Origin: Eledone cirrhosa
Lineage: Eukaryota
Reading direction: 5' to 3'
Assembly: GCA_964016885.1 (NCBI GenBank)
Contig: OZ024743.1
Coordinates: 222,580,001-222,644,000 of the forward strand
DNA: 64,000 nt
Shown here one piece after another: positions 37,889 through 49,281 of this stretch; positions within the stretch are counted from its first letter, which is position 1; the number at the start of each line of letters is the position of its first letter. The notes beneath the pieces are model-generated. The model was not told where the DNA came from, did not search any database, and was given only the letters and a program-made list of their open reading frames with translations. The position numbers were made by a program, and so were the translations under genes.

Positions 37889-40800
37889 ATACATACATAT
37901 ATATATACACATATATATACACACACACATACATACACATACATACATATATACACACACACATACATACACATACACTCACACATATATACACACATAC
38001 ATTAATAACAATAATAATAATAATAATAATAATAATAGCAATAATAATAATAACGACAACAACAATAATAATATACATATTCATATATATATACACACAC
38101 ACGCACGCACATAAGCATATCTACACACACACACACACACGCACACAAACACACGATAGCAACTAACAGTGCTGCGATCGAATGTGGCTTTTTAGCCCAG
38201 CCAATGATCTAAAATGTCTTGCACAGAGTCGGCAACCAAAACATTTACTGGGAATAGTCGGCTGTGGTTGGAGTTCGTGTACTTTTGCATGTCGCTTGAG
38301 TCCTCCTGCTGATTTACATTCTCTACCACATGTTTGGCAAGCATGATGAGTAGCATCTCCAACAGCAGCCTGGTAGTCAACCACTGGTCTTACTTTATGA
38401 CTGCGAAGATGACTTTCGAGTCCAGCTTTGCTTAGGCAGAGTCTCGCACAGACGCTGCATGTCAGAAACATAGGAGGACCCTCGCCGTCTGGAAGTGCAA
38501 CAGCAATACCCTTCCTCACGTCCCGCTTTACTTTCTCGTGTGCGATTCGAGATGCCTCAAAGGCAACTTTTCCCTCATATACAGTCTTTCTCCATTTATT
38601 ACGATCAGCAGCAATATTTTCCCATGTATCAGCAGAGATGTTAGCGTCCCTCAGAGAGGCTTTCAAGGAATCCTTATACCTCTTTTTTGGTTTATGTGGC
38701 GGTCGTTTTCCTTTAACCAACTCTCCATAGAAGAGTTGTTTTGGTATTCTAGAATCCTTCATCCTGGCAAGGTGACCACTCCAACGGAGTCGCTGCTTAA
38801 GCACAAGAGCTTCTATACTGTCACACATAGAGCTTTCCAAAATCTCGACATCACTGATGTGGTCCCTCCAGCGAACGCCATGTATCCGTCTGAGACACAT
38901 CTGATGGAAACGCTCCAATTGCTTAAGGTGGCGTCGATATGTGACCCAGGTCTCGCAGGCATAAAGAAGACAAGAGAGTACACATGCCCTGTACACCCTT
39001 ACCTTTGTCCTCCTGCATATGTCTCGCCGACCCCAGAGTCGCCTTTCTAGCTTTCCGAAAGCATCACTTGCTTTCCTAATCCTAAGTGAGATTTCACTGT
39101 CAAGGTTGCCGTATCGATTGACAGTGCTTCCCAGGTAGACAAACTGATCAACCACTCCAAGTCGTCTGCCATACACATAGATGTTTGGTTCAGTGTACTG
39201 CCTACCAGGTGCAGGTTGGTACATGACGACGGTTTTCTTGAGACTGACAGTCAAACCCAGGGCAGTGCAAGCGTCAGAAAATACATTCAAAATGTGCTGC
39301 ATATCACTCTCTGTGTGCGCTACAAGATCGCAATCATCTGCATACAAGAGGTCTCTTATGACTGATGTAAATACTTTTGTCTTCGCAGCAAAGCGCCTGA
39401 TGTTAAATATGCTGCCTGAGGTTCGATATCGGATGTAAACACCATGCTCGCAATTCCTGAATGCAACACAGAAAACCATTGCAAAGTATATGGCAAACAG
39501 GGTCGGTGCTGGAATATCCCCCTGTTTCACTCCATTTTTTACTGAGATAGGCTCCGACATGTTACCTCCGACATTAACCCAAGCCTTCATGTCGTCATGG
39601 AAAGACCTAACTAAAGCAAGGAACTTATCAGGGCAACCAAGTTTCTGGAGAACCTTCCATAATGCATCTCTGTTGACAGTATCGAAAGCCTTTGTCAGAT
39701 CGACAAAAACCTGATACAGATCCAAGCCCTGTTCAATGCACTTCTCCTGGAGCTGTCTAGCTGAGAAGATCATATCAGTAGTGCCGCGTCCAACACGAAA
39801 ACCAGATTGACTTTCAGGAAGGACACAATCTGCAATGTGTGTCAGCAGACGGTCCAGAAGCACCCTACATAAAACTTTCCCCACGACAGAAAGCAATGAT
39901 ATACCTCTGTAGTTCCCACAATCATTCCTGTTACCCTTTCCCTTGTACAAGACCACCATTACTGCATCTCTCCAGTCCTCAGGCACGGATTCATTAGCCC
40001 ATATCCTTCCAAACAGAGAGTGAAGATGTTGCAGGAGTCTCTCACCACCATATTGTAGGAGCTCAGCATGTATGCCATCCATACCTGGAGATCTTCCACT
40101 GTTCAGCTTCGAAATAGCCACTGCAACCTCCACAAGTGTCGGAGGCTCTGCGAGAGCTACTTTCACAGGACTTTCCGGAATGAGATTGAGGAAATCTTCA
40201 CTGACGACAGACGGCTGATTCAAAAGATCATCAAAGTGCTCCCGCCACCTTCGTAGAATTCCCTGTGAGTCACGAAGAAGTTCTCTGCCATCCTTGCTGC
40301 GAATCGGTGTCACCAGAGAAGAAGACGGTCCATAAACCTCACGCAAGAGACTGTACAACAGCTTTGTGTTATTGCAATCAGACGCAGTTTGTATCTCACC
40401 AGCCTTCTCACTCCACCACTGATCCTTCATCTGAGAAAGACTCCGCCTAACACGTGATTTCACATCCCTGAGCTCCTCATGCAACGTATTCCTCTCCTGT
40501 GGTTTTGCCGTCAAGTAGCGTGACAGAGCGCGCCTCTTATCAGCCAACAAGTCATCTATATGCACATCTTTCTCATTAAACCAGTCCTGATGTTTTCTCT
40601 GCACCAATCCCAGAACACGTCTGCCTACATCATAAACCGACTTTTTAAGGGTCGGCCAATCCTCACCAAGATCTGCAGCCTGCATCTCTTCTTCCAATGT
40701 CCTCTTCACATTTTTATCCTTAAGACGAGCAGCATTCAATCTTTTGGGCAGGGTAACACCAGGAGCCCGGATTTTACGTTTGGTGATTAGATTCACTTTT

Positions 40801-41716
40801 GCGCGTACCAGGCGGTGGTCCGTCCAGCACTCAGCTCCACGAAGAACACGAACACACCGCACATCCTGTCTGTCACGCATCCTGACTAGGACGTAGTCCA
40901 AAAGATGCCATTCCTTAGATGCAGGATGCATCCATGTGGTCTTGAATTTGTTCTTTTGTTGGAACATGGTGTTGGTAACACACAGATCCAGCTCCTCACA
41001 CATCTGCAGCAAGAGCATACCATTGCTGTTACACTTTCCCACCCCATGCCTTCCGATTACATTCCATGTGTTAAAATCCCTACCCACTCTAGCATTAAAG
41101 TCACCAAGCACGATGACTTTGTCTGCCTGAGGGATATTTCTTAAAACACCTTTCAAGGCATGGTAAAAGGACAGTTTTTCTTCATCGACAGAATTCATAG
41201 TTGGAGCATACACACTCACCAGGGTAGCATATCTTCCCTTGTCCAGCGGAACTCTCATGGACATAAGACGCTCACTAATCCCCACTGGGAATTCCTCCAA
41301 TTTATTCACCAGTACAGTCTTAACAGCAAATCCTACCCCAGCCTCTCTTCTGGTTCCTTCATCTCTTCCTTTCCAGAAGAATGTATATTCTCCACAAAAT
41401 TCCGTAAGATGACCATCTCCAGCTAACCTCGTCTCAGACAAAGCCACGATGTCAAGATCGTAACGTCGAAGCTCCTTTGCAACAAGAGCGGTCCTTCGTT
41501 CAGGACGCTCCAAAGAATCCCTGTCAAGCAGCGTCCGTACGTTCCAGCAGCCAAGACTAAATGCCCTGTTTGGCTCTATTACAATGGCACGATGACGGGC
41601 GGGCCCAGGTTGTGATAACTTGGGGCCCCTGCCCTTATTGCCAATGATCTTTTTTGTTCCAGAACCCAAATTGGCAATTATCTCGTTTACATTGTTCTGG
41701 AACATCATTGAATTGG

Positions 41717-41747
<31 letters not shown>

Positions 41748-41752
41748 TAATA

Positions 41753-41789
<37 letters not shown>

Positions 41790-42090
41790 ACTATTAATAA
41801 TTATTAATGCACTCGTGCAATGCCTGTGCGTGACGAATATTTTTAAAGTGAGGAAAGACTGTGCACTGAACCAATCCCACTCTCTGAGCGACAGTAGCTA
41901 TAACCCGAAAAGAAGAAAAGATCAACATCATCGGTAACTACTGAGCCGCAGGTTTTATATCGGAGTTAACCCAGTTTCCTGAGATGCCTTCTCCTAGAAG
42001 AATACCCTGACATGGGCTAGGGGTTCTTCACTCCCAGTGGTTTAACTGCGCGATCGGGCATCCAGCCCGATTATTTCTATGTCCCCGCGC
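37679..42090 (-). mobile_element. Apparently full-length RTE-clade LINE with microsatellite-filled UTRs
   Basis: Intact ORF; 5' UTR motif AACTCCGATATAAAACCTGC; 3' stem-loop TGGCCATACTCGATAACGAGGGGGCAGCCATCATG at 37713-37679. Confidence 0.85.
38163..41708 (-). CDS. RTE LINE polyprotein: APE endonuclease + reverse transcriptase + three C2H2 zinc fingers (1181 aa)
   Basis: WNVRTL, ALSETR, VYAPT, LGDFNARVG, LDYVL, TDHRLV (APE); YRGISLLS, QSGFR, DLTKAFD, GVKQG, LLYADD, YLGS (RT); CSVC..H..H, CQTC..H..H, CRLC..H..H. Confidence 0.97.
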   Translation of the reverse strand: MMFQNNVNEIIANLGSGTKKIIGNKGRGPKLSQPGPARHRAIVIEPNRAFSLGCWNVRTLLDRDSLERPERRTALVAKELRRYDLDIVALSETRLAGDGHLTEFCGEYTFFWKGRDEGTRREAGVGFAVKTVLVNKLEEFPVGISERLMSMRVPLDKGRYATLVSVYAPTMNSVDEEKLSFYHALKGVLRNIPQADKVIVLGDFNARVGRDFNTWNVIGRHGVGKCNSNGMLLLQMCEELDLCVTNTMFQQKNKFKTTWMHPASKEWHLLDYVLVRMRDRQDVRCVRVLRGAECWTDHRLVRAKVNLITKRKIRAPGVTLPKRLNAARLKDKNVKRTLEEEMQAADLGEDWPTLKKSVYDVGRRVLGLVQRKHQDWFNEKDVHIDDLLADKRRALSRYLTAKPQERNTLHEELRDVKSRVRRSLSQMKDQWWSEKAGEIQTASDCNNTKLLYSLLREVYGPSSSLVTPIRSKDGRELLRDSQGILRRWREHFDDLLNQPSVVSEDFLNLIPESPVKVALAEPPTLVEVAVAISKLNSGRSPGMDGIHAELLQYGGERLLQHLHSLFGRIWANESVPEDWRDAVMVVLYKGKGNRNDCGNYRGISLLSVVGKVLCRVLLDRLLTHIADCVLPESQSGFRVGRGTTDMIFSARQLQEKCIEQGLDLYQVFVDLTKAFDTVNRDALWKVLQKLGCPDKFLALVRSFHDDMKAWVNVGGNMSEPISVKNGVKQGDIPAPTLFAIYFAMVFCVAFRNCEHGVYIRYRTSGSIFNIRRFAAKTKVFTSVIRDLLYADDCDLVAHTESDMQHILNVFSDACTALGLTVSLKKTVVMYQPAPGRQYTEPNIYVYGRRLGVVDQFVYLGSTVNRYGNLDSEISLRIRKASDAFGKLERRLWGRRDICRRTKVRVYRACVLSCLLYACETWVTYRRHLKQLERFHQMCLRRIHGVRWRDHISDVEILESSMCDSIEALVLKQRLRWSGHLARMKDSRIPKQLFYGELVKGKRPPHKPKKRYKDSLKASLRDANISADTWENIAADRNKWRKTVYEGKVAFEASRIAHEKVKRDVRKGIAVALPDGEGPPMFLTCSVCARLCLSKAGLESHLRSHKVRPVVDYQAAVGDATHHACQTCGRECKSAGGLKRHAKVHELQPQPTIPSKCFGCRLCARHFRSLAGLKSHIRSQHC

Positions 42091-42376
42091 AAAAAAAAAA
42101 AAAAAAAAAAAAAAAATTACTTATTGACACTTATACGTACGACATACACACACACGCATACATATGCGTAGACACAGCAACACTCACACACACAACAAAT
42201 ACACACACACGCTACTCTACTCACTTACACGCACACACACACATATATATATATATATTACCGTCATTACTGATACAAGATTACCAGATTATGTCAACTG
42301 TTGACTTTCAAGAGTTTGTATAGTTGAAGCCGATCGTATTACATACATATATATATACATACATATATATATATAT

Positions 42377-42685
42377 AAGTAGAAGGGATATTTAATTTGT
42401 TGGAAATTCAACAAATATAAATGTTTATAACTGATTCAGAGCACTCGACAGTTTTATGGAGTAAATATTCAATGATATTAAATAAATGGAAACTATATTT
42501 ATAAAACCATATTTATTTTCAACTGATAAGGTATGGTTTCCTTGGCTATGTCAAAATTTATAAAACACTCTTTGTATTTTATCTGATGAAAGCGTACCAA
42601 AGTTTGATGGTACCCTTGGAATATATATAATAGAATAAATATGGTTTTATAAATATAGTTTCCATTTATTTAATATCTTTGTATT
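42377..42685 (+). mobile_element. Penelope-type micro-element with ~44-bp inverted repeats around a hammerhead
   Basis: IR 42474-42518 / 42634-42677; between (TA)n tracts. Confidence 0.7.
42575..42637 (+). ncRNA. Type I hammerhead ribozyme fold (GAAA mutated to GGAA)
   Basis: TATTTTAT-CTGATGA-AAGCGTACC..GGTACCCTT-GGAA-TATATA-TA-ATAGAATA; 8-bp stem I, palindromic stem III. Confidence 0.7.
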
Positions 42686-42699
42686 TATATATATATATC

Positions 42700-42900
42700 A
42701 TCATCATCATCACCGTTTAATGTCCATTTTCCACGCTAGCATGGGTTAAATGAGTTGTCTCATTGTGAGACAAGCTAGGTCGGATGACCGTGTCTTGTTC
42801 ATACAGAACTGATTTTGGCTTGGTTTCTATGGCTGGATGTCATTCCTAACGCCAACCACATTTAGAGTGTGTACTGGGTACTTTTTGTCATGACACCAAC
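42700..42900 (-). mobile_element. SINE family A-related 3' fragment
   Basis: (CAT)n, TCCATTTTCCACGCTAGCATGGG tail, GGCTGGATGTCATTCCTAACGCCAACC core. Confidence 0.75.
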
Positions 42901-43064
42901 ACAACTACAATATATATGCGCATACACACAAGCACAGAATCATTTCTGGTTTTGATTGTATTTGTTTCTGTGACGGACGCGTTCCTTCCTCCTTTGTTGA
43001 GTTGTTCGCTATTTTTTGCCACGACCTACCTCATCTTCTATCACGTGATTTGTTGTTTTGTCTT

Positions 43065-43272
43065 TGTTATCACACCGTTTAAATGTCGCTACGACCATCT
43101 CATCAATTCTCTGTACATCACCTACTCTGTGTTGTTGTTATCACACCGTTTAAATGTCGCTACTACCATCACATCAATTCTCTACGCATCACCTACTCTG
43201 TCTTGTTGTTATCACACCGTTTAAATGTCACTACAACTAGTTCACTAATTCTCTGTACATCACCTACTCTAT
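43065..43272 (+). repeat. Three ~71-bp tandem repeats inside a larger unclassified element (~42917-44155)
   Basis: TTGTTATCACACCGTTTAAATGTC(G/A)CTAC...AATTCTCT..ACATCACCTACTCT x3; hammerhead 3' half at 43702-43736. Confidence 0.75.
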
Positions 43273-44243
43273 ATCTTGTTTTTGTCTCTATAAATCTAAC
43301 TGATCATCTTTGCTACACATTGTTCAATTATCTATTTGCTCCTCACCGTGTAATTCCAAGTAAATTTTGCTTTATTTGTTATTTATTTTATTTAATGAAA
43401 GCTACATGCTGGTTGTTGGTAAGAGGATGAGAAATATAGATGTGTTGTGTCAAGAGAAAGAGATATCGTGGATAGCAACCAGGAAGTGTGATAGTGAGAG
43501 TTGTATATGACATCACAGCCTCAGGAGAACAGAAAATTGTGATGATTAACAGTGGAGGCTGATGGTACTGTACACGTGTTTGAATTTTGCATAAATGTCA
43601 ATGAAGAATCTTATGTTTGCATTCTGTACTGTAGTTTTCGTCTCATTCTTCGTTTAGTAAAATACACCAGGACAGTGTTTAACAATCTTTTTAGACGCTA
43701 TGACCCTGACTGAACCATCAGAGTCGAAACTAAGTCCATTTTGACAACTGATCTCCATGGAGTTCTTACTTTGTTCTTATTACCATTTTGTATTGTCTGT
43801 CTACCGTCTCGTCCACTATTCGCCTGACCCTGTGTTTGTGTCTGGTTTTAACTGCAGCCATTGCTAATTTTGCATACACACACACATACACACATTCTTC
43901 CTCCCATAGGATTCCCCATAGCTCCCGTCCGTGTTCTCACCCTCGCTTTATCACCTGTCCTTTCATTTCCAACCTCACTACTCACACAGACACTAACAGT
44001 TCTTTCCATATCTGCCACTCATTCACCTGCACCTCCTCCACTGTCGTTGATGTATCTTTCTATTTCGTATCTAACGTCTCATTCTAGTTTCTTCTGAAAC
44101 ACCGTATGTAACTATGGTGCCCCTACGACTTCGTCAGGAGTTACAGGACTATACCACACACACACACACACACGTGTGTGTGTGTGTGTGTGTGTGTGAT
44201 ACTACAGGGACGACTTGTTATGCCTTCATTACGTTTATTGATT

Positions 44244-44328
44244 GGTGACGCGCGTTTTGCTATTGATCAGCCCAAGGTTCGATCTGTATCGATCTGGCCC
44301 GACTCTGGAATCAAAAGCTCGTCGGACC
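44244..44328 (-). ncRNA. Degenerate type I hammerhead fold, CCGACGA core, extended stem II
   Basis: GGT-CCGACGA-GCTTTTGAT...ATCAATAGC-AAAA-CGCGCG-TC-ACC then AATAAA. Confidence 0.62.
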
Positions 44329-46696
44329 TCTAGAGAGAGGGGATTGTTATAAAACTGAAGACCAAAATATACCAGATTCAGAAACACGGGGAAAACAGTG
44401 TTCGCCTCCTCAGCTGCCTACTATAAATTATGTAACAACATGGTTTTGATGTTTAAGGTAGTACCGGATCCATAGCTTCACCAATAGCTTATAAAGCTCT
44501 AGCAACTTGTGAATAAATACCATGTTTATACTAAGCGGAACACTATAGTAGCATGAATAGCAGGGTACCTATAAAAATTATCAATAACAAAGTGAAAGGC
44601 TGCTGGAAAGACATACAAGGTGAACAAAAGAATATGTTAAGCTTGGTAAATACGAAAGAAAAATTATTTCGAATGTAAATAGAAAGCAAGAAAGTAAAAC
44701 GCATATATTTGTGCATGGTGAAAACACTAAAAGAAGGGAATAAATACATAGTGTCTTGCAAGCAGAGTCTAGATAACAGAAATATAGATTGGGTGAGGGA
44801 GGGGATAAATATCGACGATGCGAACAAAAGGCCAGTATGACTTGTGAAAGGAAAGTATGTCTGGGAGGGAAGGGAGAATGGTATAGTGGGAGGGTGGGGT
44901 TAGGTAGGAGAAGAAAAAAGATGACAAAAGAGAAAGTGAGGGATTGAAAGAGAGAAAGGAAGAAAGAAAGAGCAAAGATGAAATTATATCACTTTGTTCT
45001 TTACAATTATTTCAGTAAAAGAACTCTTCTTTAAATCCATCATAGATAATGATTTCTAACATGGGCAGAGGGCCAGCGAATTTGAGGGGAGGGAAAAGTC
45101 GATTATATCGACCCCAGTGCTTGACTGGTGCTTTATTTTGTCGACCCCAGAAGGATAAAAGGCAAAGTTGGCCTCGGTGATATTTCAACTCAGAATGTAG
45201 AAAGTCGCAACTACATGCCGTCAAGCATTTTGTCCAACCTGCTAACTATTCTACCAATCCACCAAGCATTTTGTCCAATGCTGTAACGATTCTATCAATC
45301 CGCTGCCTTCAAATTCATCATAAACAATAAAACCACTTTTATATATTATAATCTGATATGTGAATCTACTAATATTTGCACTCCCAGAGAAAATTCTAAA
45401 ATTCTAGGCTGGGAGCCCTACCGGATGCATAAGGAGAATATACCCATTTAGATAAGATCAACGCCAGGAGACGACCCGCGAGGTAGGTGAGTTAAGCTTT
45501 TTCTACCGATGTGGAGATGTGGAGGGCGCAGCCTGGCTCAGGAAGAAGTATGACTGCAACTGTATCAACGTAACTGCATGGGACGTCGTGTTAAAGAGAG
45601 GGAATATGGCCCTGAGATGGGGGCTGTGTACTATCAAAATCCGAATTGATTCGGTCACTGTAATCAGATGGGTGAGATCTAGTAATCACCGATGAGAAGA
45701 GGGTACGAATGAAAGGGGCAGCAAATATATTAATAAAGCACCGCCTAGGAATTCTGGAGGAACTAGCAGCTGAGATCGGCCTGAAACGAAGGGGGGTCTT
45801 TGTGTCCCCGGAAAAGAATAAGGTGGGCATTCTAACCAGGTTGAAGAAAGTCTGGTTGAAAGTGTCCAGTGTCACGACTGAGTGTCTCGGGGCTAAAGAG
45901 ACTGCATCCCATGTAGGAGTGGAGAGAAACTGGGAAGATTGACTCTGACGTTGCAATATATATATATAAGCATATGATTAATTTAGGTGTGTTTACAGAT
46001 ACGAAACCGTTTGGTAATGCATAACTGAAATAGTTGATATAGATATTCTCAACTTTCACAGAATATGTTGAGTTTCGTTGCTTTCATTTGTTCTCACACC
46101 TGTGTGCGTGTCTGTGTGCGTGCGTATATTATGTATGTATATATGATGGTCAGCTGAAAAGTTCATAGGCTGACCCAGATACTCTCATGGAATGACCAAA
46201 TGAGGTTTATTTTTCAATCATAGACCCTGGAAATAAACAATGCGGTTATTAATAAGAAGAGTCTAAATTAAACCATGCAAATTTTCACAGCTCTAACATC
46301 AATCCTTCATAGTCAGGCTTTGAACTTTTCAGCCCAGCATCGTATGTAAAGTTGCTATCAATGACAATCTTGACTGAACATTTCTGTGACTATTTACAAT
46401 GTGAAAAAAATTGAAGTAATGGAAGAATTAACGAACTTCTCGTAATGTCTCACGAAGGTAGTTTGGAACTAAACTGAATTGAACTGGCGAGATTTGACAA
46501 GATTTTGATTTCCAGCCTTGTTCTTAAGACATTTGCTGTCTACTGAATAAGTGTCTCCAAATAGCTGTCTCCATAAGTCTGCATTTTTGTTGGGGAGGGT
46601 GTGGTAAATACATTTAATTTGAATAGAATGATACCACCTCTTCCCTTGATGCCCTAATTATGTGCTTATTTTGTTTAGTGGTTAATACAGCCATGC

Positions 46697-47766
46697 TCCT
46701 GGCGGTAATAACAACATAGATATCACTTCAGTCGTAGTCCTGACAGTAATAACAACATAGATATATTCAGTCGTAGTCCTGACAGTAATAACAACATAGA
46801 TATATTCAGTCGTAGTCCTGACAGTAATAACAACATAGATATATTCAGTCGTAGTCCTGACAGTAATAACAACATAGATATCACTTCAGTCGTAGTCCTG
46901 ACAGTAATAACAACATAGATATATTCAGTCGTAGTCCTGACAGTAATAACAACATAGATATATTCAGTCGTAGTCCTGACAGTAATAACAACATAGATAT
47001 CACTTCAGTCGTAGTCCTGACAGTAATAACAACATAGATATCACTTCAGTCGTAGTCCTGACAGTAATAACAACATAGATATCACTTCAGTCGTAGTCCT
47101 GACAGTAATAACAACATAGATATATTCAGTCGTAGTCCTGACAGTAATAACAACATAGATATATTCAGTCGTAGTCCTGACAGTAATAACAACATAGATA
47201 TATTCAGTCGTAGTCCTGACAGTAATAACAACATAGATATCACTTCAGTCGTAGTCCTGACAGTAATAACAACATAGATATCACTTCAGTCGTAGTCCTG
47301 ACAGTAATAACAACATAGATATCACTTCAGTCGTAGTCCTGACAGTAATAACAACATAGATATATTTAGTCGTAGTCCTGACAGTAATAACAACATAGAT
47401 ATCACTTCAGTCGTAGTCCTGACAGTAATAACAACATAGATATATTCAGTCGTAGTCCTGACAGTAATAACAACATAGATATATTCAGTCGTAGTCCTGA
47501 CAGTAATAACAACATAGATATCACTTCAGTCGTAGTCCTGACAGTAATAACAACATAGATATATTCAGTCGTAGTCCTGGCGGTAATAACAACATAGATA
47601 TATTCAGTCGTAGTCCTGGCAGTAATAACAACATAGATATATTCAGTCGTAGTCCTGGCAGTAATAACAACATAGATATATTCAGTCGTAGTCCTGACAG
47701 TAATAACAACATAGATATATTCAGTCGTAGTCCTGGCAGTAATAACAACATAGATATCACTTCAGT
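46697..47766 (+). repeat. 39/41-bp minisatellite (~27 copies)
   Basis: CAGTAATAACAACATAGATAT(A/CAC)TTCAGTCGTAGTCCTGA. Confidence 0.96.
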
Positions 47767-47811
47767 TGAGCCAAATTATTTGTTGACCGATATGATAGAC
47801 ATAAACTAGAA

Positions 47812-47937
<126 letters not shown>

Positions 47938-48014
47938 ACACACACGCACACACATAGACACACACAGACATATATATATATATATACACACATACACCGA
48001 TCATGTTAAAATGC

Positions 48015-48725
48015 ACACACCACATATTACTACGACACACAAACATCAAAATGACCTACACACCCACACATTACAACGACCCACACACGCACACATCACG
48101 GCAATCCACAGCGGCCCACACACCACAATGACCCACACACCCACACATTACAACGACCCACACACGCACACATCACGGCAATCCACAGCGGCCCACACAC
48201 CACAATGACCCACACACCTACACACCACAGTGACCCACACACCCATACATTACAGAGATCCACACACCTACACACCACAGTGACCCACACACCAACACAT
48301 CACAATGACCCACACACATACACATCACAGAGATCCACACACCTACACACCACAGTGACCCACACACCCCTACATTACAACGATCCATACACCCACACAC
48401 CACAGAGATCCACACACCTACACACCACAGTGATCCATACACCCACACACCACAGAGATCCACACACCTACACACCACAGTGATCCATACACCCACACAC
48501 CACAGAGATCCACACACCTACACACCACAGTGACCTACACACCTACACATTACAGATATCCACACACCTACACACCACAGCGACCCACACACCTACACAC
48601 CACAGCGGCCCACACGCCTATACACCCCCACATTACAACGATCCACACACCTACACAACACAGAGATCCACCCCACCCCACCCGACCCCCACATTACAAC
48701 GATCCACACACCTACACATCACACT
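48015..48725 (+). repeat. CA-rich degenerate minisatellite
   Basis: CACACCACAG(TGACC/AGATC)CACACACC(T/C)A repeats. Confidence 0.85.
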
Positions 48726-48858
48726 AACGCGGCAACGAATACGCCCAGCCACACTACTGACGTAAATGAAAATCCGATGGAATTTGAACTTAATGAAGAG
48801 AAGAAAGAAGTGGAAGAAATAGAAAAAGAGATGAGAAAAAGTGTGTGTGTGTGTGTGT

Positions 48859-48900
<42 letters not shown>

Positions 48901-49039
48901 CCTGTTTGTTCATTGGAGCTAGCATCACATGATGCTTGAATAATGTCAATAAGAGTCGATGGTGTTGGTCAGATCATAGATAATCCTGCTGGGATGTAAA
49001 CAGCGAAGGGGAAAGTGTCTGTAGATAGATAGATAGATA

Positions 49040-49270
49040 AATTTCTTTATTAGCCACAAGGGCACAAAAGAAGGGGACAAATACAAATGGGGAGTTTACA
49101 TACAGGTATATGAAAATAAAACTATTAATAAAATAGATAGATATGTTTCTTTTATTTGCCACCAGGGCATCAAATGTGGGACAAGTACAAAGGGGGGAGT
49201 TTACAAAACAAGGCGTCCTCAATAAGGAGGAGGCAATAACAATATATAAAAATAAAATAAATTAATAAAA
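49040..49270 (-). mobile_element. Two tandem 3'-end stubs of the Tx1-like LINE, each abutting GATA repeats
   Basis: GATAGATA..TTTCTTTATT(A/T)GCCAC(A/C)AGGGCA at 49040 and 49145. Confidence 0.8.
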
Positions 49271-49281
49271 TAGATAGATAT

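Noticed and set aside
45400-45950. Short ORFs 45591-45956 and 45709-45942 as host exons
   Set aside because: No recognisable motif or clear splice sites; possibly an old LINE endonuclease remnant, unsupported
46697-47766. CRISPR-like regular array (also 13537-14505 and 53160-54180)
   Set aside because: No unique spacers, no cas genes, eukaryotic context
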